A stretch of 64,000 nucleotides of DNA, from positions 1 through 64,000 of the forward strand of contig CAWHCQ010000040.1 of NCBI GenBank assembly GCA_963827755.1. The letters are read 5' to 3'. A model generated the notes under the pieces. The model was not told the DNA's origin. It did not search any database and saw only the letters and a list, made by a program, of their open reading frames with translations. Made by a program: the position numbers and the translations under genes. This document shows, in pieces, positions 47,720 to 56,683 of this stretch (positions within the stretch are counted from its first letter, which is position 1; every line of letters begins with the position of its first letter). This stretch comes from an uncultured Gammaproteobacteria bacterium (GTDB taxonomy: Bacteria > Pseudomonadota > Gammaproteobacteria > UBA9214).

Positions 47720-48587
47720 GCGGGCACACCGCGACACCCTGTTTGTCGAGGATGCAAGCATCCTGATGCAGGATGCCTGGCCGGGGAAGCAGTATGTATT
47801 GCGGGTGCACGCGCCTAAGTGTGCGGCCCATGCCACCCCGGGCAGTTTTGCCCATGTGCAATGCGGACCGGGCCTGCCCATGCGCCGGCCACTGTCAATC
47901 ATGCGCGCGCACGCCACGGCAGGCTGGATCGAATTCCTCTACAAGGACGTCGGCAGCGGCACCCATGAATTATCAACCCGTACCGTCGGCGAAACCATCA
48001 GCCTGATTGGCCCGATTGGCGTCGGGTTTACCCCGAACCCGGCACGACCACGCACGCTGCTGCTGGGTGGCGGTGTCGGTATCCCGCCCATGGTGTTTCT
48101 CGCCGATCACCTGCGCAAGGATGCCGGCTGGCAACCCGTGGTATTGATGGGCTCGGAAGTACCCTTCCCGTTCAATGCAGAACCTTCACGCATCCTGCTG
48201 CCCGGCATGCCGGACGGCATCATTGCCGCCATGCCCCTGCTTGAGGGCTGGGGCATCCCCAGCCGCCTTGCCAGCCTGCAGCATTATCCGGGTTGTTACA
48301 CGGGCTACATTACCGACCTCGCGCGCCACTGGCTGGATGCACTGGATGACGACGAGCGTGCCAGGGTCAGCCTGTTTGCCTGTGGCCCGCACCCGATGCT
48401 GGCGGCCAGCGCTGCGCTGGCAGAGGAATATGGCCTGCCCTGCCAGGTGTCGCTGGAGGAATATATGGCGTGTGCGGTGGGCGGCTGTGCCGGCTGCGCG
48501 GTTGCCATCAATACGGCGGACGGCCCGGCGATGAAGCGGGTGTGCGTAGACGGCCCGGTATTCGACGCGGGCACGGTCGCCTGGTGA
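47697..48587 (+). CDS. pyrK: Dihydroorotate dehydrogenase electron transfer subunit
   Basis: RRPLSI, GGGVGIPP, ACGP and the EEYMACAVGGCAGC...RVCVDGPVF 2Fe-2S motif. Confidence 0.88.
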   Translation: MTMSSSRKRAHRDTLFVEDASILMQDAWPGKQYVLRVHAPKCAAHATPGSFAHVQCGPGLPMRRPLSIMRAHATAGWIEFLYKDVGSGTHELSTRTVGETISLIGPIGVGFTPNPARPRTLLLGGGVGIPPMVFLADHLRKDAGWQPVVLMGSEVPFPFNAEPSRILLPGMPDGIIAAMPLLEGWGIPSRLASLQHYPGCYTGYITDLARHWLDALDDDERARVSLFACGPHPMLAASAALAEEYGLPCQVSLEEYMACAVGGCAGCAVAINTADGPAMKRVCVDGPVFDAGTVAW

Positions 48588-48628
48588 CCCTCCGTGGGGC
48601 GAACCCGCAGACTGCCCCGCCAGACCCC

Positions 48629-48655
48629 TAAAGCCAGCCCCGATTCTGCCGAAAC
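48629..48655 (+). promoter_or_regulatory. sigma28-type promoter for the small hypothetical gene
   Basis: TAAA-N15-GCCGAAAC. Confidence 0.6.
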
Positions 48656-48733
48656 AGGTTAGAGAGCCTTGCAACCGCAGTTCACGGCTGCAGGCAAGAA
48701 GATGCAATGATCATCCTCCAGGGGTTATTCGCT

Positions 48734-49015
48734 ATGGATAAAGAACAACGCAAGGGTATGAACCCGGTTCCGGACAATATTGAGGAACTGCTCAACGAAG
48801 CACAGCTGCGCACATTGCTCGGGATAAGACAGTTCGGCTGGGAACTCTTCTTCGTACGCAGACCGTTATTCCAGGATGCCATTCCGGTATTGATCAACAG
48901 GGATGCCAACAAGACCATTGTCCTGGAGGTAAACGGCAGTATCAACGAAAATCCGGATATTGATATTCGCGAGTGCGTACCTGCAGCAGAGCATCTGAAG
49001 AAAGCTGCAGGCTGA
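48734..49015 (+). CDS. Small hypothetical protein (93 aa)
   Basis: Fills the pyrK-pilU gap; protein-like sequence LNEAQ...FGWELFFVRRPLFQ...NPDIDIR. Confidence 0.7.
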   Translation: MDKEQRKGMNPVPDNIEELLNEAQLRTLLGIRQFGWELFFVRRPLFQDAIPVLINRDANKTIVLEVNGSINENPDIDIRECVPAAEHLKKAAG

Positions 49016-49050
49016 CCCGGGCAGACAAGCCCGAACAGGGTTTGCGGAAG

Positions 49051-50169
49051 TCAGTCCTGCTCTTCCAGAAAGACATCCTCCATCGCAGCGCTGTATTCAT
49101 CGACATCGCTCTTGTCCAGCTTGATCATAAGGCGTACCTCATTCGCTGAATCGGCATAGTGCAAGGCATCGTCGATGCTGATCTCACCTTGCTTGTAGAG
49201 GGTGAACAGAGCCTGGTCAAAGGTAATCATGCCCTGCTGGCTGGACTGCTTCATCAGCTCTTTCAGCTTGTAGACTTCGCCCTTGCGAATAATTTCACGC
49301 GCCAACGGTGTACCCAGCAGGATTTCCACACATACCCGTCGACCATTTCCATCGGCCCGCGGTATCAACTGCTGGGCAAGAAAGGCCTTCAGATTCATTG
49401 ACAGGTCCATGAACAGTTGCGGGCGGCGGTCTTCCGGAAAAAAGTTGACAATACGGTCCATGGCCTGGTTGGCGTTATTCGCATGCAGGGTCGCGAGACA
49501 GAGGTGACCGGTCTCTGCAAAGGCAATGGCATGGTTCATGGTCTCGCGTTCCCGGACCTCGCCGATCAGGATGACATCCGGCGCCTGGCGCAGGGTGTTT
49601 TTCAGCGCCGTCTCGTAGGATTCGGTATCAATACCCACCTCGCGCTGGGTAATAATGCATTGATCATGCTGGTGAACAAATTCAATAGGGTCTTCAATTG
49701 TGATGATGTGCCCGCTACTGTGTTTGTTACGATAGCCGATCATGGAGGCCAGCGAGGTCGATTTGCCGGTACCTGTGGCCCCGATAAAAACAATCAGACC
49801 ACGCTTGGTCATGGCGAGGTTCTTCAGGATCGGTGGCAGGTTCAGCTCTTCGATGCTGGGAATAAAGGTCTCAATCCGGCGCAACACAACACCGGCCTGG
49901 CCACGCTGGATAAAGGCGCTGGCTCGAAAACGCCCGATACCCTTCTCACCGATTGCAAAATTGCATTCGCGCGTGGCCTCGAATTCCTCGCGCTGTCCGG
50001 GACTCATCATGCCGGTAACAATTTCCATTGTTTCATCTGCCCTGAGGGCATCCCCGGAAATCGTAGATATCTTTCCATCGACCTTGATGGCAGGCGCGAG
50101 GCCCGTGGTTATAAACAGGTCCGAAGCCTTTTTGTCTCGCATCAACTCCAGCAGTGGAATCAAATCCAT
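49051..50169 (-). CDS. pilU: Type IV pilus retraction ATPase PilU
   Basis: ASDLFIT, GATGTGKST, LRQAPDVILIGE and LHANNANQ motifs. Confidence 0.95.
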   Translation of the reverse strand: MDLIPLLELMRDKKASDLFITTGLAPAIKVDGKISTISGDALRADETMEIVTGMMSPGQREEFEATRECNFAIGEKGIGRFRASAFIQRGQAGVVLRRIETFIPSIEELNLPPILKNLAMTKRGLIVFIGATGTGKSTSLASMIGYRNKHSSGHIITIEDPIEFVHQHDQCIITQREVGIDTESYETALKNTLRQAPDVILIGEVRERETMNHAIAFAETGHLCLATLHANNANQAMDRIVNFFPEDRRPQLFMDLSMNLKAFLAQQLIPRADGNGRRVCVEILLGTPLAREIIRKGEVYKLKELMKQSSQQGMITFDQALFTLYKQGEISIDDALHYADSANEVRLMIKLDKSDVDEYSAAMEDVFLEEQD

Positions 50170-50192
50170 TACTACACCCCTAATCTGATCTG

Positions 50193-51230
50193 TTAGCGGA
50201 AATTATCTTTAAGAGCCGCCTTGGAACGCGCATCCTGCTTGCTGACCAGGCCCCTTTGCAGCAAATCCTGAAGATACTGATCCAGCGTTATCATCCCCGA
50301 GGATTGCCCTGTCTGTATCGATGAATACATTTGCGCCACCTTGTCCTCGCGGATCAGGTTTCGAATCGCGGGGGTACCAATCATGATTTCCCAGGCCGCT
50401 ATACGGCCACCACCGATCTTTTTCAGCAGCGTCTGGGCGATAACCGCGCGCAGTGATTCAGACAACATCGAACGCACCATGGTTTTTTCTGCCGCCGGGA
50501 ATACATCGATAATACGGTCGATCGTCTTCGATGCCGAGGTGGTATGCAGGGTACCGAATACCAGGTGTCCGGTCTCTGCTGCAGTCAATGCCAGTCGAAT
50601 CGTTTCCAGGTCACGCATTTCGCCGACCAGGATGATATCCGGATCTTCGCGCAGGGCGGAACGCAGTGCCTCGTTGAAGCCCAGGGTATCGCGGTGAACT
50701 TCGCGCTGATTGACCAGGCACTTTTTGCTCTCGTGAACGAATTCAATCGGGTCTTCAATCGTCAGTATGTGTTCATAGGCCTTGTTATTGATGTAATCGA
50801 TCATGGCGGCCAGGGTCGTGGACTTGCCGGAACCGGTCGGCCCCGTTACCAGCACCAGGCCACGCGGGGTATCGGAAATTTCCTTGAAAATCGGCGGGGT
50901 TCCCAGGTCTTCAAGTGCGAGTATCTCGGAGGGAATTGTGCGGAAGACGGCCCCTGAACCCCGGTTGTGGTTAAACGCATTGACGCGAAACCTGGCCAGG
51001 TTCGGTATCTCGAAGGAAAAATCGGTTTCAAGGTATTCTTCGTAGTCCTTGCGTTGCTTGTCATTCATGATGTCATAAACAAGCCCGTGAACCGTTTTAT
51101 GGTCCAGCGCGGGTACATTGACCTTGCGCATATCGCCATCGACACGAATCATCGGTGGCAGGCCCGCGGAGAGGTGTAAATCCGAGGCGCCATTCTTGAC
51201 ACTGAAAGCCAGTAATTCAGCAATATCCAT
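50193..51230 (-). CDS. pilT: Type IV pilus retraction ATPase PilT
   Basis: MDIAELLAFS, GPTGSGKSTT, LREDPD and AIRNLIRE motifs. Confidence 0.97.
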   Translation of the reverse strand: MDIAELLAFSVKNGASDLHLSAGLPPMIRVDGDMRKVNVPALDHKTVHGLVYDIMNDKQRKDYEEYLETDFSFEIPNLARFRVNAFNHNRGSGAVFRTIPSEILALEDLGTPPIFKEISDTPRGLVLVTGPTGSGKSTTLAAMIDYINNKAYEHILTIEDPIEFVHESKKCLVNQREVHRDTLGFNEALRSALREDPDIILVGEMRDLETIRLALTAAETGHLVFGTLHTTSASKTIDRIIDVFPAAEKTMVRSMLSESLRAVIAQTLLKKIGGGRIAAWEIMIGTPAIRNLIREDKVAQMYSSIQTGQSSGMITLDQYLQDLLQRGLVSKQDARSKAALKDNFR

Positions 51231-51264
51231 AGCCGTTCCCTTACGTTATTGTACTCATCACAGC

Positions 51265-51291
51265 GTATCGACCATGACCTTGAATACTTGA
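51265..51291 (-). promoter_or_regulatory. sigma28-type promoter candidate for pilTU
   Basis: TCAA-N15-GTCGATAC on the minus strand, ending 34 nt before the pilT ATG. Confidence 0.55.
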
Positions 51292-51589
51292 AAAGACCTT
51301 CTTGATGACGCTAACTTGCCACACGGCACAGGGACCCTGGAATCGCTCAAACCGACCATCGAAAAACCACCCACGGGACGGCGCCCCTCCAGCCTCCGCC
51401 CAACGCGCTCGAGTATGCCGCATTACGCCGATTTTTCAAGTCAGTCGACCTTGTTATCCTGTGTAAATCAGTTACCTGAAAAACGGGTGCTCGCCCCCGA
51501 CCGCGGACCGTTGGTCACGGCTGCCGCGCAGGCCGCTGTACTGGCATGGTGCTTGTGGTGCGCCGCTTTCATCCTGTATTGTCAATTCC

Positions 51590-52414
51590 ATGACCGAGAG
51601 CAAACTGACGTTTATCGGCGGCGGTAATATGGCGGCCAGCCTGGTTGGCGGCCTGATCGCCGACGGCTGGAAACCGGCAAACATCTGCGTTGCCGATACG
51701 GATACCGGGCGGCTGAAACGACTGGCAGAGCGCTTCGGGGTGGAGACAAGTGCCGACAATCGCGCCGCGGCCGGGTCAGCGGATGTCATCGTGCTGGCCG
51801 TCAAGCCAGATGTAATAAAAGCGGTGGCGCAGGATCTGGCGGCACTGCTTGAAACCCGGCGGCCACTGGTCATCTCGATTGCAGCCGGTATCCGCGAAGC
51901 CAGTTTGCGTGACTGGCTGGGGCAACAGAGTGCGATTGTACGCACCATGCCGAACACCCCGGCACTGGTGCAAAGCGGCGCCACCGCACTGTATGCGAAT
52001 GCGAATACCAGTGAAGACCAGCGCAATATTGCTGAATCGATCCTGCGTGCCGTTGGAATTGCCATCTGGGTCGATGACGAAGCATTGATGGATGCCGTGA
52101 CCGCACTCTCGGGCAGCGGACCGGCCTATTTTTTCCTGTTCATGGAGGCCATGCAGGCGGCCGGCCGTGAACTCGGACTGCCGGAAAAGACAGCGCGCCT
52201 GCTGACGCTGCAAACGGCCTTTGGTGCCGCTAAAATTGCCCTGGAAAGCAGCGAGGACGTGGCAACGCTGAGGCAGCATGTCACCTCCCCCGGCGGCACG
52301 ACTGAACGCGCCATCCAGAGTCTCCAGGGCGACGGGCTTGAGGTCATTGTGCGCAAGGCACTTGAATCCGCCGCTGCACGCTCCCGCGAACTCGGCGATG
52401 AACTGGGAAAATAG
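51590..52414 (+). CDS. proC: Pyrroline-5-carboxylate reductase
   Basis: FIGGGNMA, LAVKP, RTMPNTP, SGSGPAY and VTSPGGTT motifs. Confidence 0.96.
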   Translation: MTESKLTFIGGGNMAASLVGGLIADGWKPANICVADTDTGRLKRLAERFGVETSADNRAAAGSADVIVLAVKPDVIKAVAQDLAALLETRRPLVISIAAGIREASLRDWLGQQSAIVRTMPNTPALVQSGATALYANANTSEDQRNIAESILRAVGIAIWVDDEALMDAVTALSGSGPAYFFLFMEAMQAAGRELGLPEKTARLLTLQTAFGAAKIALESSEDVATLRQHVTSPGGTTERAIQSLQGDGLEVIVRKALESAAARSRELGDELGK

Positions 52415-52415
52415 G

Positions 52416-52970
52416 ATGCCGGCAACATACTTCACAAACCCGCTGGAATTCCTGATCTCAACCCTGTTCAGCCTGTACATACTCGCGGTCATGCTGCGTT
52501 TTCTGCTGGGCGTGGTGCGCGCCGACTTCTACAACCCGGTCAGTCAGTTCCTGGTTCGCATTACCAATCCCCTGCTGGTGCCGCTGCGCAGGATAATTCC
52601 CGGCATCGGCAAATATGACACCGCTGCCCTGGTACTGTTGCTGATTCTGCAACTGGTCTCGCTCGCCGTGACCATTTTACTGCGCGGCGGCAACATCATG
52701 TTCCTTGACCTGCTGATGCATGCTGTTTTCGAAATCGTTTTACTGATGATCAATGTCTTCATCATCGCGATCTTCGTGCAGGTCATCCTTAGCTGGATAA
52801 ATCCCGGCACTTACAACGCTGTCACTGCCATGCTCTCCAGTCTCACCAGCCCGCTGCTGCAGCCTGTCCAGCGCCTGCTGCCACCCGTTGCCGGCATGGA
52901 TCTGTCCCCGCTGTTTGCACTTATCGGCCTGCAGGTCCTGAAGATGCTGGTGATGCCGCTGATTGCCTGA
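52416..52970 (+). CDS. yggT: YggT family membrane protein
   Basis: RADFYNPVSQF..TNP, ILSWINP and GMDLSP motifs; follows proC. Confidence 0.9.
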   Translation: MPATYFTNPLEFLISTLFSLYILAVMLRFLLGVVRADFYNPVSQFLVRITNPLLVPLRRIIPGIGKYDTAALVLLLILQLVSLAVTILLRGGNIMFLDLLMHAVFEIVLLMINVFIIAIFVQVILSWINPGTYNAVTAMLSSLTSPLLQPVQRLLPPVAGMDLSPLFALIGLQVLKMLVMPLIA

Positions 52971-53064
52971 CACCCATGCCAGGAGCAGTCACCGGCAACC
53001 GCAACGTCGCCAACCCGGCTGCAATGGTCTATGGTTACAATCAGGAGGTCATCGGGAACTGACA

Positions 53065-53514
53065 ATGAATCCGGCACGTATTTCAATTGCATTATTACTG
53101 GCGCTCACCTGCCTGGCCCCGCCCGGTCTACTGGCGGAAAACTCCAAAGACTTTGGCGAATACGTGGTCCATTTCAATGCACTGGCCACCGATATGCTGC
53201 CGTCGAGAGTCGCACGTGATTACCGTATCGTGCGCAGCCGCAACCGCGGCATGCTCAACATCACGGTCCTGAAGAAAGTGCCGGACAGCCTCGCCCGGCC
53301 GGTGCCTGCCAGGGTTGAGGCGCATGCCAGGAACCTTGTCGGCCAGGGTCGTGATATCAAGCTGCGCGAAATACGCGAGGGCAGTGCCATCTATTATCTC
53401 GGTGAGTTCCGTATCACCCATGAAGAGACCCTGAAATTCAGCATCAGGGCACAGCCGCTGGGGAGCGAGGAAATACTCGAAGCGGATTTCAGCCAGGACT
53501 TCTACACCCGTTGA
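53065..53514 (+). CDS. DUF4426 family exported protein
   Basis: Signal peptide, FGEYVVHFNA, LNITVL and REIREGSAIYY. Confidence 0.82.
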   Translation: MNPARISIALLLALTCLAPPGLLAENSKDFGEYVVHFNALATDMLPSRVARDYRIVRSRNRGMLNITVLKKVPDSLARPVPARVEAHARNLVGQGRDIKLREIREGSAIYYLGEFRITHEETLKFSIRAQPLGSEEILEADFSQDFYTR

Positions 53515-53609
53515 ACCCCCACCGCCGCGGCCCGGGCCGACCCTGGCGCGGCAATCCCGTGCAAAAAAATCCCGCGAAATGTGGTTAATTTTCGCAAATT
53601 GACAGGATA

Positions 53610-54992
53610 ATGAGAGAAAAATCCCCGAACTCCAGAAACTGGCGCGAACTCCTGTCCATCTACCGCCATCCCCGCGTGCTGGGGATGATCTGCCTGGGTT
53701 TCTCGGCGGGATTGCCATTCCTGCTGGTTTTTTCGACGCTGTCCGCCTGGTTAAGGGATATCGGCATTGCCCGCACTACCATCGGCTTCTTCAGCTGGGT
53801 GGGTATCACCTACTCCATCAAGTTCTTCTGGGCACCCGTGGTCGACCGGTTGCCGTTGCCGGGGCTGACCACGCGGCTGGGAAAAAGGCGCGGCTGGATG
53901 CTCGCCGCGCAATGCACCATCGCCCTCGGCCTGGCAGGCATGGCCCTGACCAATCCGCATAATGAACTGGCACAACTGACGTTTTTCGCCTTGCTGGTCG
54001 CCTTTGGTTCCGCGACCCAGGACATCACGGTCGACGCCTATCGCATCGAAGCCGTGAAACAGAGCCTGCAGGGCGCCATGGCAGCCACCTATGTTTTCGG
54101 ATACCGGGTCGCCCTGCTGGTCGCCGGCGCCGGCGCTTTTTACATGGCTGAGGCCTGGTCCTGGCCGGCTGCCTACCTCGTCATGGCCGCACTCATGGGC
54201 GTTGGCATCTGCACGACACTGATCATCCGCGAGCCTGTGCATGTTACCGACGCGCGCACCCGGGAACTGGAAGAACAGCTGGAAAGGTCGATCGGGGTCG
54301 TGGAAAAACGCACCCGGCTCGCACGTTTCATCGCCTGGTTCTCGGATGCCGTGGCCAGCCCGTTTGTGGAATTCTTCCAGCGCAACGGCGCAATGGCGGT
54401 CATCATCCTGCTGCTGGTCGGCACCTACAAGATCAGTGATATCACCATGGGCGTAATGGCCAACCCCTTCTACCTCGACCTCGGCTTCAGCAAAACAGAG
54501 ATTGCAAACATCACCAAGGTCTTCGGCTTCTTCATGACCATCGCAGGCGCCGCCCTCGGTGGCCTGCTGGTGTTGCGCTACGGCATGCTGCGTCCCCTGC
54601 TGGTCGGCGCCATCCTCATCATGACGACCAATCTGCTGTTCGTCTGGCTGGCCGTCGGTGAACCCGGCCTGGTATCACTGGCAATCGTCATCAGCGCAGA
54701 CAACCTGGGTGGCGGGTTTGCAACGTCGGCCTTTATCGCCTACCTGTCGAGCCTCACCAACACGGCCTACACGGCAACCCAGTACGCACTGTTCAGTTCC
54801 CTGATGACGCTCCCGGCGAAGTTCATCGGCGGTTTTTCCGGCTGGGTCGTGGATACAACGGACTACGCCACGTTCTTCCTCTACGCGGGTCTCCTCGGGC
54901 TGCCGGCCATCCTGCTGGTGCTGTATCTGCTCCGCCAGCAGCACCGGGATGGCGTGGACACCCCTGAAACCGGGCTCTATCGAGAATCCTGA
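53610..54992 (+). CDS. ampG: AmpG family muropeptide MFS transporter
   Basis: LGFSAGLP, KFFWAPVVD, SATQDITVDAYRIE and TATQYALFSS motifs. Confidence 0.93.
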   Translation: MREKSPNSRNWRELLSIYRHPRVLGMICLGFSAGLPFLLVFSTLSAWLRDIGIARTTIGFFSWVGITYSIKFFWAPVVDRLPLPGLTTRLGKRRGWMLAAQCTIALGLAGMALTNPHNELAQLTFFALLVAFGSATQDITVDAYRIEAVKQSLQGAMAATYVFGYRVALLVAGAGAFYMAEAWSWPAAYLVMAALMGVGICTTLIIREPVHVTDARTRELEEQLERSIGVVEKRTRLARFIAWFSDAVASPFVEFFQRNGAMAVIILLLVGTYKISDITMGVMANPFYLDLGFSKTEIANITKVFGFFMTIAGAALGGLLVLRYGMLRPLLVGAILIMTTNLLFVWLAVGEPGLVSLAIVISADNLGGGFATSAFIAYLSSLTNTAYTATQYALFSSLMTLPAKFIGGFSGWVVDTTDYATFFLYAGLLGLPAILLVLYLLRQQHRDGVDTPETGLYRES

Positions 54993-55145
54993 AAAAACCG
55001 TCACGTTATCGCAACTGACTGTTTATATGGATTTATATGAATTGCCCTACATGAAAATCAGCTCCTGATTCCCTGCAGTATGCAGGGTTATGGGGCACGC
55101 GCCGGGCGTCTTCGGTTAACCTTTGCAGGGTGCAGGAGTGAATCC

Positions 55146-55346
55146 ATGCTTGAACGACGCAACAAGGGAAAACGCCGCTGGGGCCTCGCTAACGGGTTCC
55201 CGCTAAAAGACTGTAACGGTATCGCCGTCATCGCCGAGCGACGGCGTATGGCTGACCGTCGCCTGACCAATACCTCGCTGGAAGAACGCCTGATGATGCT
55301 CTCCGAAATGCCGCTGCTTCACCCCGAGCAGAAGAAAAAGCACTAG
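55146..55346 (+). CDS. Small Arg-rich hypothetical protein (66 aa)
   Basis: AGGAG RBS; MLERRNKGKRRW...FPLKDCNG...ERRRMADRR. Confidence 0.6.
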   Translation: MLERRNKGKRRWGLANGFPLKDCNGIAVIAERRRMADRRLTNTSLEERLMMLSEMPLLHPEQKKKH

Positions 55347-55478
55347 GAGCTGTCACGGAGGACACTGCGCCGCGAGAAAGCCATTTTCCGATCCCCGTCA
55401 AAAGCTACGGCATTCTCCTCGAACGATCGAAAAATGACTCGTTCTCATGGCTCGCAGATCCCCAAGTCGACAGCTAGG
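55343..55478. mobile_element. About 130-bp MITE-like palindromic element
   Basis: Ends AGCTGTC/GACAGCT, imperfect pairing along its length (CATTTTCCGATC / GATCGAAAAATG) and CTAGG at both ends. Confidence 0.55.
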
Positions 55479-55486
55479 ATTTGAAA

Positions 55487-55552
55487 TTTTTGCCCACGAC
55501 TGCGGGATGCAGGGGGTAGTGTAATGCAGGAGCAATTACCGAGAGGGCAAAG
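55487..55552 (+). repeat. GGA cassette copy 2 (55495-55541) inside a TTTGCCC/GGGCAAA palindrome
   Basis: CACGACTGCGGGATGCAGGGGGTAGTGTAATGCAGGAGCAATTACCG, a diverged 47-bp copy. Confidence 0.75.
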
Positions 55553-55557
55553 ATCTT

Positions 55558-56331
55558 CTACAACTCATAGTCGTAATCCATAATCAGCGGTGCATGATCT
55601 GAAAAACGCTTGTCCTTGTAGATACGCGCCGCCTGCACGGTCTTGCCGATTGCGGGTGATGTCACCTGGTAGTCGATCCGCCAACCGACGTTTTTTGCCC
55701 AGGCCTGGCCACGATTCGACCACCAGGTGTACTGGTCCGGCTTGTCGTTGACGACACGAAATGCATCAACGAAGCCTGCCCGGCCGAACAGATCATCCAT
55801 CCAGGCGCGTTCCTCGGGAAGAAAGCCGGAATTTTTCCGGTTACCGCGCCAGTTTTTCAGGTCAATCTCCCTGTGCGCGATATTCCAGTCGCCGCAGAGC
55901 ACATACTCACGCCGCTTCAGCCTGAGCTTGTTTAAATAAGGCATGAATCGATCGAGAAAACCGAACTTGACGGCCTGGCGCTCCTCGCTGGAAGAACCTG
56001 AGGGCAGGTAAACCGAAATCACGCTCAAGGCCCCGAAGCGTGCCTCGATATAACGTCCTTCCGCATCCATGTCAGGCCAGCCCAGCCCGGGAATGACCTT
56101 GTCCGGTTTGCGCCTGCTGTAGATGGCAACTCCGCTGTAGCCCTTTTTTTCGGCATCATGGAAAAAGGCATGCCAGCCGCGCGGCCAGAATACCTTGTCC
56201 TCCAGTTGCGAAACCCGGGCCCTGGTTTCCTGGAGACAGACCACGTCGGCACGCTGGCGCACCATCCACTGGAAAAAACCCTTTTTTGCGGCTGCACGAA
56301 TACCGTTTACATTGACCGTGATGATGCGCAT
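55558..56331 (-). CDS. xth: Exodeoxyribonuclease III / AP endonuclease
   Basis: NVNGIRAA, CLQE, GDWNIAH, GWRIDY and SDHAP catalytic motifs are intact. Confidence 0.92.
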   Translation of the reverse strand: MRIITVNVNGIRAAAKKGFFQWMVRQRADVVCLQETRARVSQLEDKVFWPRGWHAFFHDAEKKGYSGVAIYSRRKPDKVIPGLGWPDMDAEGRYIEARFGALSVISVYLPSGSSSEERQAVKFGFLDRFMPYLNKLRLKRREYVLCGDWNIAHREIDLKNWRGNRKNSGFLPEERAWMDDLFGRAGFVDAFRVVNDKPDQYTWWSNRGQAWAKNVGWRIDYQVTSPAIGKTVQAARIYKDKRFSDHAPLIMDYDYEL

Positions 56332-56403
56332 GGTATTTCCCGTTTCAACCCGATATGCATGATATAGCAAGATGTACGGATATACCGCAGTCCTGCAAAG
56401 GCT

Positions 56404-56667
56404 TTGCCACTGAGGGCACAGAGAACAAAACATTCTCGCGCACGACTGCAGGGATGCAGGAGGTAGAGCAATGCATGGAGCAATTGCCGCAAAGGCGCAA
56501 AGAAATTCATTATTACTCCTGTTTCTATATGCCCTGGAGATTACGCACACATACGAATGCATGCTGTATATTTGATTGGTAATAATTGTAATTCCTGGAT
56601 TTCCCTGGCGGCTTTGCGCGATATTTATTTTCTGTATACTCTGTGCCCTCTGTGTTCTCTGTGGCAA
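56404..56667. repeat. Nested inverted repeats containing GGA cassette copy 3 (56441-56489)
   Basis: Outer pair TTGCCACTGAGGGCACAGAG / CTCTGTGCCCTCTGTGTTCTCTGTGGCAA; inner pair TCGCG[cassette]CAAAGGCGC / GGCGGCTTTGCGCGA. Confidence 0.72.
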
Positions 56668-56683
56668 TAAAGACTTCCCCTGA

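Noticed and set aside
51241-51627. Short ORFs in the pilT-proC gap
   Set aside because: No RBS or recognisable motif; composition looks non-coding.
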